DNA of 63,659 bases, the filler included, from Lenisia limosa (Eukaryota; Protista; Breviatea), in assembly GCA_001655205.1 (NCBI GenBank). It is 13 parts of 13 records of this genome, joined end to end, with 100 filler letters (N's around TTAATTAATTAA, not from the genome) between each part and the next. Parts side by side here need not be neighbours in the genome. Positions count along the whole stretch, not along the records: positions 7,508 to 15,944 come from LPNZ01006769.1; positions 16,045 to 28,851 come from LPNZ01008371.1; 11 more parts are not named here. One strand, 5' to 3'. Of the stretch, positions 10,884 through 22,789 are shown in pieces. Below the pieces are notes generated by a model that saw only the letters and a program-made list of their open reading frames with translations, was not told the DNA's origin and ran no database searches. The translations under genes and the position numbers were made by a program. Within the stretch, counting starts at the first letter, position 1, and every line of letters starts with the position of its first letter.

Positions 10884-13800
10884 ATGGAGGAAGAGGGTCT
10901 TTTATCGACCCTTGAGCACCCATCTCTTCAAAAGCGGACAAGTGCCCTCAACAGGTTGGTTGGGCGCAATGCTCTCTTCTCAAACTCCTTTACCGCCTAA
11001 CAATCTCAAATTTATTGAGGTTAAAAACTAGGAGAGGTCAGTCACCACTTACTCCTCGCCACCTGTGACAGATCACAACTTTCCACCATCAGCCTCTTAT
11101 TTGTATTTTCATGGGTCCAGTATTCGGGAGTCTGTTCGCACCCGAGGAAGACCTCCCATCCAAGACCTAAGGCGCTTTTATTCCATAATAAAGGTGGGTG
11201 GTCAATGCCGGTTACGCCTTATATAGTGTGGACAATGCTCGCCAATGCTCCGAACACATTCAAAAAGGCTCACTATTTTCTCTTTTTTAATTTGCTGAGT
11301 GCTCATTCACCCCTATTTCAGGTGCGGATTCTTGATGAGCACGGCAGCGTAGCCCTTGCTGCCCTGAGTCTCGTGCAGGACCTGGTTACTGATACCCCCG
11401 AAGGTCATGAGGAGCTGCTGCCTTCCTTATTGTCCCCGGTCATCACATCCCTTGGGTGAGTGCAGTGTCTTCAACTCCTTAGATCAAGCTTGGTTTTTAC
11501 TGCCGTTCATAATGTAGGGACTCGAAGCCGACAGTCAGCCAGGAGGCACTTCATACCTTAGAGCTCTTTTTAAGGTTGGCCAACAGTGCATGGAAGGCCT
11601 TTGTCATGTTGGTGGTGTATATGACTCTCTAGGTCTTCGGCGTGCACTGACAAAGCGATGTTGGCTTTGGCTCGCCACGCATTGGAGAACTCAAATGTGC
11701 GAACTGGGTGTAATTCATATTTGTTGTGCCTCTCTGTTGTTGCAACCCCCCTTAAAAAAACCTCCACATTTACATGATTATTTTCTAACACCGACAGTAT
11801 TCTGATACTTAGCCAAGAGATAGATTAGAGCTGTTTTTTTCATGCACAACTTGAAGAACCGACTGGCGTTTATTACAATTAATTATGTTTTTTACCCCGC
11901 ACTTGTGTGCCTTCATTCAGCCAATATTTAAGTGTTTATTTGGAAAAGAATTGCCAATTTATTCCACCAGGGGCGTGTGAGGCTGCAGTCGGCCAAAGCG
12001 GTGTCTCATCTACTCACTCAGGACATCGGTGGGCTTTTGGTAGACGCGTCTTATCCTTTCTTTCAAGATGAATCAATATTACACTTAAAAAATAAAAACG
12101 TACTGATGTTGATGGCGCAGGTCTTACACCACCTTTTTTATTTCTCATTTCACGTAGTTCTCTCGGACCCTCGACGGCTCTTCGAGGCCTTGGTCGGCAG
12201 GCTGAGAGACACCGTAACCGAGGTGGCCGAAGCCTCGCTGGAGGTGCGTATTGCCGGGATAGCTTTTCACCAGTGATACTTTACTATTGGGCTTTTCACC
12301 AGTGATACTTTAATATTGGGCTTTTCACCAGTGATACTTTAATATTGGGTTTTGTATCATTTGTTCACGATCTGCGTGACATATTCAGGCCATTGTTAAC
12401 ATCCACCATGTTCAAGGTGGCAGAACATTCTCCTCCCTTGTCGCCAGGTTACCCCGTAAGCGTTTAGATATAGGGATATGTGATGATAATATCAGGCACC
12501 ATTGGATTTTATCTTACAATTATTCATTGAGTTTTATTTTGGTCAAAAAAAAAAAAAAATGAATGAATGCATTTGTCAATATTCTGACTTCAGAACAAGA
12601 TACTTTCAACTTGAACTCAAGAAAGCATCACATTCTCGCCATGATCATGTTTCACGCCTTCAGAGCCCCATAGAAAACTGCTAGGTGCCTATTTATCCCA
12701 AAGCAACCTCCCTGAATTCGTGCAGCCTATTAAGCAATACGCGTCCACTCCCAACACTGTATGCTGGGAGGTAAAGGATCTGCTGCAAATTATGAATTAT
12801 TTTTTCACTTTGCCTGGCTGGCGCATTAAACTATTTGTTTTTGAGCAGAGTCAACCTTTTATTATTTCAACCTTTTGCACATTGATGATAATAAAGCCTG
12901 TGCTACTAGAACGATGATGAATACCCCAAATAACCTCACCCAGCCTTCCTCCCGCCAATCAAGCCGACAGCCCTCCCACACCTCCTTATCCCAACCCTCT
13001 GTGAGTCTTGCTGTCTTTTCCTTATGTTTTGCTGGCCTTGTTCGCCTCCCATCTCACGCTTTAGTCCTCCAGGCCACCCGCAGACTCCAATCTTATTTTT
13101 GGCTTTGTCCCACCTAATTTGGTATGCATTGATGGGAACACAACTTACAGGGATTATACACTACCGCATAGCATATCCCAGCGATTTCCTACTATTCAGA
13201 AGCACCCGTGACTCTTTAGGTTGACGCGTTGACCGTTGAGTCTGACTGGAAAGTCCGAGCCGAAGCTGTGGAAGGAGTACGCCGAGATTTTATGATTATT
13301 TTTATTTTTCACCGAGTTCTCTTAGCCCTCTTCCCCATACATATTTTATTCTCTTCAGCTTCTGTCCTGTGTTGCCAGTTTGGATGATTCCGGACCCGTA
13401 ATCCCCCATCTTCCTGAGTTAACAGTTTTCCTCTCTAAACTACTGGAGGTGTGTGGAATCCGTGACAGTTTTTTTCTGCTGCTTTTCTTCACTCACCAAT
13501 TCAAATAGTTTTCCTTTCTCATGGATTCTAGGATCCCAACTTCAAGGTGTCCCTTACAACTCTCCAAGTGGGCGGGATTGGTTCGTGCTTCTTCAAGTAT
13601 ATTTTGTTATTCTTTTACTTTTTGTTTTGTTTTGTTGAAGTTAGAAATAGTTTATCTTCACTCTCACTTACCCCGCTTTAGGTGTTGGATGGTTTGGTTG
13701 CAAAGATTGGTCTTGCCATTAAGCCAACTCTGACAGACTTCATCCCACATTTGGTTGAGGTGGGGAGGGGGTGTAGAAATTGGTGGATTGTCCTAGCTCC

Positions 13801-15716
13801 AGTCACATAACGCAACATTGACTCAGCCAGACAATTTTACATTTCCCCATTCAATTTTTATTGTGTACGGAGCAGCAGCCCAGCTTCGGACTAACAATAC
13901 CAGAAACTTGGAGACAGCAAAATTGTTGTCCGTCAGGCCAACATCAAAGTCCTAACCAAGCTGATGCATATCCTCACCCCCAAACCCGTGATCACGGCAC
14001 TCCTCAGCTTCCAAAGCCACGAGTCCTGGCGCGTGCGTGAGGAGGTCCTTGTTGCTGTCATTCTGTCCCTCCTTATCTTTCGACGGTGAGTGGCCGTTTT
14101 GAAGGGGTGAGCCTATATACATGTAAGTGACGTGGCTTTTAATATGGAAGGAATCAATCAAACAAGTCCACAATAAGGAGAAATGTTTTGGGATGTAGTA
14201 CTCAATATGATATACTATATGATAGCTATGCTAAACAATGTGTCGTTTTTTATTATTACTACTATCGACAGAGCCGAGAAGAAGAGAGAGCTTGGTGTTT
14301 TTTATTTTATATTAAAGTTCTAAGCTTCCATCACTGATTTTTAGAGCGGAGTTTGACATCCCACACATCACAAGATCTGCGGGACTTGCTTTGCGTATGC
14401 GTGCTGCACTCACTAATAGAGGATGAAACATGTCATATTGTCCTGACATTGTTTCTTTTTTGTTCTCAGCGGAGGGTCTTGTTACCGGCTTGGGTAAATT
14501 ATTCATCGTTTTCAGTCAAGCTTTGGAAACGGTAATATTCTTCTTCGTTCCTCTTTGTCACCCCCCCCCCCTAGAGGATGAAAAGCAGCGGGTTCGACAG
14601 GCGGCACTGGAGTGTCTCGCAGTGGTCCACAGTTTAGTCGGATCGCGCGGCCTTTCCCACCTCCAGGTATCAAGGGTGCTCTTGTGTTTTGATATCCATT
14701 GCTAATTATTTTACCCTTCCCTCTTTTTAATTTCTTTTTAACACCAAGTGTGTTCATTACGTTGTGTTTTGGAAATCCCCGTGAGGAGGAGGTCATTTTT
14801 GTCCTCCATTCACATTTTGTTCCTTATTATCCAGGCCATTGGACTGTCTCAAGATCAAGACGACGCAGTGAAGCACAGAATATCCCTAAGGTATGAACGC
14901 ATTCAATTCCATCCCTTCGTCATGGGAATCCATTGACCTTTTCTAGGGTACTTCCCCATGTTAACAATGATGGCGTTGTGGAGTTTCCCACAGCCGGCCG
15001 CCGTCCCACCACACCCCGGCATGCCGCACCTTCCGAGTCTCAGCCTCCTGCTGACGAGGTTTGTTTTTGACATACGTAGCATTTTCATGGAGCGAACGTG
15101 TTCTTAATTTAAAACGGAATTCCGTTTCAACATGTTTTCTCCCCTTTTCTTTTGTTGTTGTTGCATAGGTTTCTTTTTCTTTTGTTGTTGTTGCATGTGT
15201 TTCTGACACCATTAGTCGCTGAGTGCACGTCGACGTCACTGGTCTGCCGGCCGCGCCGCCTCCAGAGGCAAACTACCCTGGGAACAACAACGTGGGCCAA
15301 AAATATACCACTTTTGTTTATATACTAGAATCAAAACATATCTGATTTAGGCTTGAGTTTTTCTTTTACCCTTCAGCATCGAGCCGAGGCAGGCCGCTTT
15401 CCGGCAAGGATGGCCGAGAGGATTCCCTTCTTGGTTGGGAAAGGGCTTTTGAAAGTTGTCGTTTTGAGCACTACTCACTCAGAAATGATTTGAAACCGTT
15501 CCTTACAGTACCAAATTATGAATCCATCCACATGACGTATAAACCAGCAGACATAACTGATTTCCTAGGTACTGAGCCACCCGCAGGCAGTGCTGCTTTC
15601 AACGACATAACAGGCGGCAACCTCAACGACAGCGATGGACTGAATATGTCTCTTGATGAGGAGGTCTGGGCGCTCAATTCCGAACGCGAGTCCAAGGAAA
15701 AGGAAAAGGAAGTCGG
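10884..15716 (+). CDS. TOGARAM1: TOG-array HEAT-repeat protein, crescerin/TOGARAM1 (FAM179B)-like, 3'-partial
   Basis: Spliced exons give LIFGFVPPNL|VDALTVESDWKVRAEAVEG, DPNFKVSLTTLQ, KLGDSKIVVRQANIKVLTKLMHIL...HESWRVREEVLVAVILSLL and QDEKQRVRQAALECLAVV, matching crescerin TOG1/TOG2. Confidence 0.8.
12271..12348. repeat. Intronic tandem repeat, ~29 bp x3
   Basis: GCTTTTCACCAGTGATACTTTAATATTGG occurs three times. Confidence 0.9.
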
Positions 15717-15803
15717 TAAGCTTGGGGTATCATGCAAAAGGAGGCCGGTAAGCTTGGGATATCATGCAAGGGGGCCGGTAAGCTTGGGGTATCATGCAAA
15801 AGG
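15714..15803. repeat. Tandem repeat ~31 bp x3, each unit beginning with the 5' splice site
   Basis: CG|GTAAGCTTGGGGTATCATGCAAAAGGAGGC x3. Confidence 0.9.
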
Positions 15804-16384
15804 GAATAGAAATACATTTCACTGTCTTGAACTCTTTCATAGTCTGCTGGGGAGGCAGAAAGCTGTGTGTACAGAGTTGTAAGGCAAATGTTTGGGTGCA
15901 TTAATTTATTCTATAATTCAATATCTCTTATAAGAATGATGGTGNNNNNNNNNNNNNNNNNNNNNNNNNNNNNNNNNNNNNNNNNNNNTTAATTAATTAA
16001 NNNNNNNNNNNNNNNNNNNNNNNNNNNNNNNNNNNNNNNNNNNNATCTTTGGGATGTAGTATAAGTAGAAGCCCCACCATTGGCATGGAATGAAGCGATG
16101 AAGCAGCAGGTGCGATATGTAAGTCATTATGCAATAACCAAAAAAACCTCCCATTTTTAGTATTTCATTTCAAGTAGGGTATTTAAGCAGGTTATAGTTC
16201 CAAACCCTGGCTCTGTCGAAGGACAAAAAGAATCATAAACGAGCGTAACTTGCGTGATTTAGTTTTAGTGTATTAACAGTAATTATCGTTGAGATAAGAG
16301 AACAACAATTATGATTTTCATAATGAAACAAACATCTTAAAATGGAAAATGAATGAATCAAAAATCATAAAATCAACTCTCCGC

Positions 16385-18230
16385 GAGTGTTAATTCGGTG
16401 AGCAATTTAACTCTTTTATTCTTCTTGTTATTGCACTATTCTAACTACCTTCTATTTGATACTGTAAATTTACACGTAATTGAGTGTGAAGAGGACAGCT
16501 ATGCTGGCTTTTTCTGGTCAGATTTCTCTGAGATCCGGACCAAAGCCCCATCGAGCCCCATTATGTTTTAATAAAGTTGTTAGAGACATAATTACATCAG
16601 GTGGCACAAAGGGGTCTTCGGAGGGAGGGGTGCCGACAATGGGTTAAGAGGTTTTCTGTAAAAAGGGGGTTCTCACATAAATAAAAGTGAACTGAACTTG
16701 AAAATAATCTCTCTAATTCTTCATAGAATCTGATAGAATCTGGTAGAATTATGATAGAATATGGTCAGCTGGGTGTCATTTTCTCCCCTTGGTACGTTGT
16801 AAGGAGGAATTGAGACATTGACACCCCAGGTTGTTTGTTCAATATTTGTTGAATAAAAGCGATGTTAACCACACTTTTCCAGCTAAATCGTGTTTCATTC
16901 TTCTTGTTATAGCACACAAATATTCTAACTATGTGATACTATGGTAAGGTGACACGTAATTGAGTGTGATGAGGACAGCTTGGCTTTTCTGGTCAGATCT
17001 CCCAACATAACCCAAATTAATTACGGCTTGTCCCTTGGGGAAAGCATTGTATCAAATGAAGATAAATAATTATATAACACTTAAACACCTCATTAGTGCA
17101 TGTAATTCTTGGCTCGTAATCATTATACCTTTGGGCTGCATAACGTCCTTTGATGGGGTGGGGCTGGCCATTTATGGCTGCGTAGTGGGCGAGGGCGGAA
17201 ACATAGCCTGCGCAGGGAGATGTAGGCTGACCATAATTCAACCTAAAAATTTATTATGTTTCCATAACAATGATAAACTTTCTCTTCTGTAATGGGAACT
17301 GGTTTCATTTTCATCTCCTCTCAGCAGTCCAAGTACGACTTGATGCAGGACTTGCTGATGGCAGATTCTAGGAGATCCTTTTTGGCGCCTTCTTATTTTA
17401 ACTAAGGTATGAGATTTCACTAGAGTGGTACATATATTCATGTCTATTTTCCGCTACCCTTTTGTGATAATGGAATGAGTATTGGGGTATAGCATGACAC
17501 TTGAGATGGACTTAAATAAATATAAGCGACACTAAGACAAAAAGGGGAACATAATTATTACAGCCATGTCGGGCTGGGATGAATGCGGGTTCGGCCTTCA
17601 GAATTTGCGATGCCTTCTCAGCTTGCAGCATCCGCGAGGGCATTGGAAGCTGAAGGAATGTACCCTAAGTGGAGCGTGGAGGCGGTATTAAGGAGGCAGT
17701 GGTTGAGATCTCTGATCCATCCATCAATAAGGGGCTTGTCCTTGACGCCAAATCTGACACCACCGCGGTTCACCCTAGTAATCAGTTCAAAGTACAAAGT
17801 TATACAACAAGCATTGACGTCTTAGGGCCGAATCTGGAGCCGAACTCGTCGTAACTGATGCGCTTGGCAGCGAGATCGAGGACGTTGATGTGACATTCTT
17901 GGAGGTTGGGAGGGATGGGGATGGAAAAGTACTCCTCAATGATTGTGCAATAACCACCATGCCGGGTGGTACTGGCGTCGGTACATCATATGGGAAGATT
18001 CTGGTCAGACACTTGGGAGGGGTATTCGAGGGTGAGGATTCCAGACCAGGAGGGCACTTGAGGAGGAGGTCAATTCAGGCTTGGAGGATGCGTCAATAAA
18101 AAGTTACCAAAGTCACCAACCTTGGACCAGCGACTGTATGACTGTCAACGGAAACGAAGATGGGGTCCTTAGTCTTGATAATGCCATCAATTACTTCTGC
18201 TTGGAAAGAATTGATAGTCTCAGAAATTAT
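16385..18230 (-). mobile_element. Degenerate tyrosine-recombinase (DIRS-order, PAT/Ngaro-like) retrotransposon, copy 1
   Basis: Minus-strand RNase H relic CTDASTTRHGGYC...ECHINVLDLAA...LGYIPSASNALADAAS* (~17600-17990). An internally deleted YR follows (17241-17017, YVSALAHYAAINGQPHP joined to the C-terminal NEVF), then B-A-B split repeats at 17040-16385. Confidence 0.75.
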
Positions 18231-19689
18231 TCAGAAGAAAAAAAAAAGACTGAACGTTTCATAATACTTTAATCAATAGTCTGCTTAATGGGGATTTTAA
18301 GGAAATTTTCTTCAAACCCCATCAGATCACTTTAAGATATAGTCGAGGCTGTTGTTAAACAAAAGAAGAGAAGCAGAGAGGAAGAGAGAGAGAGGGCCAA
18401 TCCAAGTATTGATATCATATTGCGATCCAAGTTTCATTTATTTATCCTAAGCATTTTAAGAACAAAAATAAAACAACTACACTTCGAAGCAAAAGATCTC
18501 TATTGGTAACCAAAGAGATCCAATAGCAAAAAATTAGAACATCAATATGTGGATAATGAAGCAGCCGTGTTGGTTGTATGTAGTTATAGTTCATTTTAAG
18601 AGAAATAATGTACATTAGAAATCTAGGGAAACCAGTAAAATAGGGTTTCCATAAGGCAAATTACTATGATCTCACGCCCACGGTTCTCTTCGCCTAATTC
18701 TTCAAATATCATGTTTAAACCCAAAAAAGGTGGGGGTGGGGAATAGAAAAGCAAACAACCCCCCTGATACTTAAGCTGAAAGCAAAATCTGGTGTAGAAG
18801 AAACATAAAACTAAAATGTAATCCAAGTGAGATGAGTCATCACTCTGACTAACTTTCCTCCTCCTCTCAGTTTATTCTTCAAACCTAAAAAAAAGAACTA
18901 TTTTTTGGAGAGGGTGAGGCGAAGCGGAGGCCTACATTAAATATTCCTTGTATATTATATTGTAATATGATATAATGATATGTACCGCCACCTTCTCTTT
19001 TTTTGATATGCATTAAATTGCAGTTAACCAGAAGGCCTACAGTAGCCTTGTGTTTTGACATTTGCAGGTAAATAAAATGGGAATTTGTCATGTCAATGAA
19101 ATTATGCAAAACTTTCAATCAAGGGGTTATTTGCAAGACAGCCTATTTAATTTGTTGGTAAAACCCCATTATGTTTGATTACCTTTATTTTGAGGCAGTT
19201 TTCCTCAAAGTCTTAATGGTATCTCGATTCTTCGCAAAAATCTTCACATCACTTTATTTGTATTTAAATATTACATAGTACATATAGTATATAAAATGAT
19301 ATTATATCAGGCAAATGATTGGGTGAATTACAATTATGCTATAATTCAATATCTGTAAAAAGCGTGATGGTGTGGACGGNNNNNNNNNNNNNNNNNNNNN
19401 NNNNNNNNNNNNNNNNNNNNNNNNNNNNNNNNNNNNNNNNNNNNNNNNNNNNNNNNNNNNNNNNNNNNNNNNNNNTTAGAGGACTCAATTTTCGAGCATC
19501 AACCCACCTGCGGCGGCGGGATAAAACCCTGGTACAATAGGGAAGGACTCAATGATCATCAGGGGGGGATTAGTACCTGAGAAGTTTTCGAACGTGTTTT
19601 TTCTTACCCGGTGCTTAGTCAAACTTTTTGATAGTTTTTCCCTATATATTGTATTACTTGCCAGCAGCAACATAATGTTGACCAAGCAC

Positions 19690-21052
19690 CGAGCCACACA
19701 TAAATAAGGTCAGACCTTATAACAAAATGCAAGGTGGCACAAGGGTTCGCGGAGGTGCCGACAATGGGTTTGGAGGTTTTCTGTAAAAAGGGGATTTCAC
19801 TTGGACACAAATGAATTGAACTTGAAAATAGTCTCTCTAATTTTTCAGAGAATCCTGATAGAATCTGGTAGAATCATTAAAGAATATGGTCAGCTGACCA
19901 TGTCATGCATAACCTTTTTTGGATATGATTGTTCTTTGTTTGTGGGTGCCTTTTTCTCCCCCCTTAGTATGTAATAAGGAGGAATTGAGACATTGACACC
20001 CCAGGTTGTTTGTTCAATATTTGTTGTTCCATATCTCGAATAAAAGCGATGTTAGCCACACTTTTGCAGCTAAATCGTGTTTTATTCTTCTTGTTATTGC
20101 ACACAAATATTCAAACTTCCTTCTCTGTGGTAAGGTGACACGTAATTGAGTGTGAAGAGTACACCTACGCTGGCTTTTCTGGTCAGACCTCTCTGATCCG
20201 GACCAAAGCCCCAAAATAACCCAAATTAATTATGGTTTGTCCCTGTGGGAAAGCACTGTATCAAATGAAGATAATAACAGATACATAATGCGTAAACACC
20301 TCATTGCATGTACTTCTTGGCTTGTCGGAGAGAGTCCATCCACCGTGCTGCAAAACCGTTTCAGGTGATCTATTCAAGACAGTAGAATGAGTGTGACTGA
20401 GTGAGTGGATAGTGAACAATTCGGCAGCCTTGTCATCCATCCCTGACTCCTTCAGATCGCTGCGCAAGATGGTACAGTTCTTGTCATGACGATTGTTCCC
20501 GTGTCGGGCCAGCAGAAGACAGCTCTGTGGGTATTGGCTGGGTTAGCGGCGGACTGGGCTTAGAAGGAGGGCTCGGAGAGCACGGACGGGATCATGGTCC
20601 AGGAGGGGAGAGGACTCGTAGGGAAAGGTGTCGGGGGAGTGAGGGGAATTCTTGGTAAATTTCACTGTCATACTGGCCTCATCGCCGTCAAACTGGATGT
20701 TGTCGATGGTGCGGCCTCTCTCAAGTGGTCGGGGGGGGGGGATCGCCCATGCGGCAGATTCTGACGTAACCTGCGTGGNNNNNNNNNNNNNNNNNNNNNN
20801 NNNNNNNNNNNNNNNNNTGAGGGTATTCTTCTTCTTGTTTGGGCCAGTCGGGGGCGGGTTACGAGCTTGTGAACGACATATCGGTGGCCTGTTTGACTGG
20901 CTTGGACTTGTTAACCTTGTTGATGCTCAGGATTATTTCGGATAATTAGTAAGGTATGACTCGTAATCATTTTTTTTTTGTACCTTTGGGCTGCAGAATG
21001 TTCTTTGATGGGGCGGGGGTGGCCATTTATGGCTGCGTAGTGGGGGAGAGCG
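19690..21052 (-). mobile_element. Degenerate tyrosine-recombinase retrotransposon, copy 2 (YR plus B-A terminal repeats)
   Basis: ALPHYAAINGHPRP (N-terminus) and LFTIHSLSHTH...LQHGGWTLS...VFTHY (HxLR and HGGW...Y YR motifs, 20467-20261). 19690-20260 is highly similar to 16560-17060. Confidence 0.75.
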
Positions 21053-21779
21053 GNNNNNNNNNNNNNNNNNNNNNNNNNNNNNNNNNNNTTTGGCAAAAAG
21101 TAACAGTAAATGCAGTTTTGGAAATGGCTTTTAGATTTTACAAGTATACACTTCTTTATCTTCTTTATGCAGACATAGAGAGAGAAGTAATACTTCTTAT
21201 CTTGCTCTGACTCATCAGATTTCGCTGCGGAACCACACTTTGCTTCTTAGTTGCCTCCACTACCAAAAATCCTAAGTTATTGATACATTATTAAACTAAT
21301 GAATCCTTCAAATATCGTTCCATCTTGGCTAGAGTATACCCCTTCTCCCGACGTATTCATCATTGAGGAGGAATACTGGGACTCTGACTACGGTCTTTTC
21401 CTCACTGATGTCCCTGAAGTGAAATCCCTCATCCACCAAGGTGTGAAAGTGTTTCCACTGGTCTGTCTCCCCTTAATGCGCGGGGTGATGTAGGGTAACC
21501 ATAATTCAACCTAAATAGTTATAGTCTTCCCATAACAATGATAAACTTTCTCTTCTGTAATGGAAGTGGTTCCGTCATCACTTCGGTATCCATGTCGCGG
21601 TTCGACTCCGCCCTTAACCATAATTTATTCTTCAATTTTGTCCTCTTCTTTTGAAGTTGAATTGTGCTGGTAAGTTGACTACGGTTTTGAGTGGCCATAA
21701 TGGTGTTCATCTTTATAATATGATACAATGGAAAATCATACCCATTTACATTCATTTTATCGTGATCACATTGTACTTT

Positions 21780-21990
21780 GAGCTGGAACCGCGGCAGTGC
21801 CAGATTTGGTGTCAAGGACAAGCCCATTGATGGATGGACAGATACCTTACCACTGCCTCCTCAAACCGCCTCTACGCTCCACTTTGCTTTCATTCCTTCA
21901 ACTTCCAATGCCCTCGCTGATGCTGCCAGCCAGGAAGGCATCTCTGACTCAAAGGCCTAACCCGCATTCATCCCGACATGGCTCTCAAAT
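21780..21990 (+). mobile_element. Inverted RNase H fragment of the same retroelement family
   Basis: FAFIPSTSNALADAASQEG; this is the reverse complement of ~17565-17770. Confidence 0.8.
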
Positions 21991-22789
21991 TATGTCCCCC
22001 CCTTTTTGTCTAACTATATCTCTGCCACTCTCTTACGACGAATTAATAATTTATGTCCATCTCAAGTGTCATGCTCCAATACTCATTCCATTATCATAGA
22101 AGGGTAGCAGCAATAGACATGTCTGTGAGTATACATGTATACCAACGTACAAGTTTGGCATCAAGTCGCAAGCGTCTCCTTTCATCACATCTACTATCCA
22201 ACTGTTCCCATCACAACATCTGAGACCGTATCCACTACCCTCCTTCTCTTCTTTATCATATCTTACTGTTTTATATATAAATGAAGATGCCCTCCGAGAG
22301 TATTTCTATATGATGGTGTGATCTTGTTTTTTATGATTATTTTTTAACCATTTCGCTTGAACAGTATACCAAAAGATAGCTACGAGTTATAAAAAGTTGT
22401 TTCCGCTATGTAAACTCCCGGAAGTCGAAACCTGTCAAAGATGTTAATAAAATACTGATGTTTGGAATTTTCCGTTGTTTTTCCATATAAGGAGGCCTTT
22501 CGGTAGTGACAAAATTTTTTACAGGAAAGTGTTGGATTCCACTAAATTTACTTGAGTCGTTAAAATGGCCACTAACTTTTTTAGTCGGAAAAAGGCATGT
22601 ATTTCATCCGAAATGTTGTGCGTGAAAAAATAAATTTTTGAAACTCGAAACAACCCAGAAATTGAATGTGGTATGAAAACCAGGCTAAAAATTGGTTTCT
22701 GCTGCTTTAAAACTCAGAATAACAATTAATGACCTAATTTAGGACCGCGAGCATAAGATGCTGTTAACAATTGTTTTTCATTAACTTAT

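Noticed and set aside
12271-12348. Short periodic repeats as a CRISPR array (also 15714, 49184, 57139)
   Set aside because: The units are head-to-tail with no unique spacers, there are no cas genes, and the context is eukaryotic introns.
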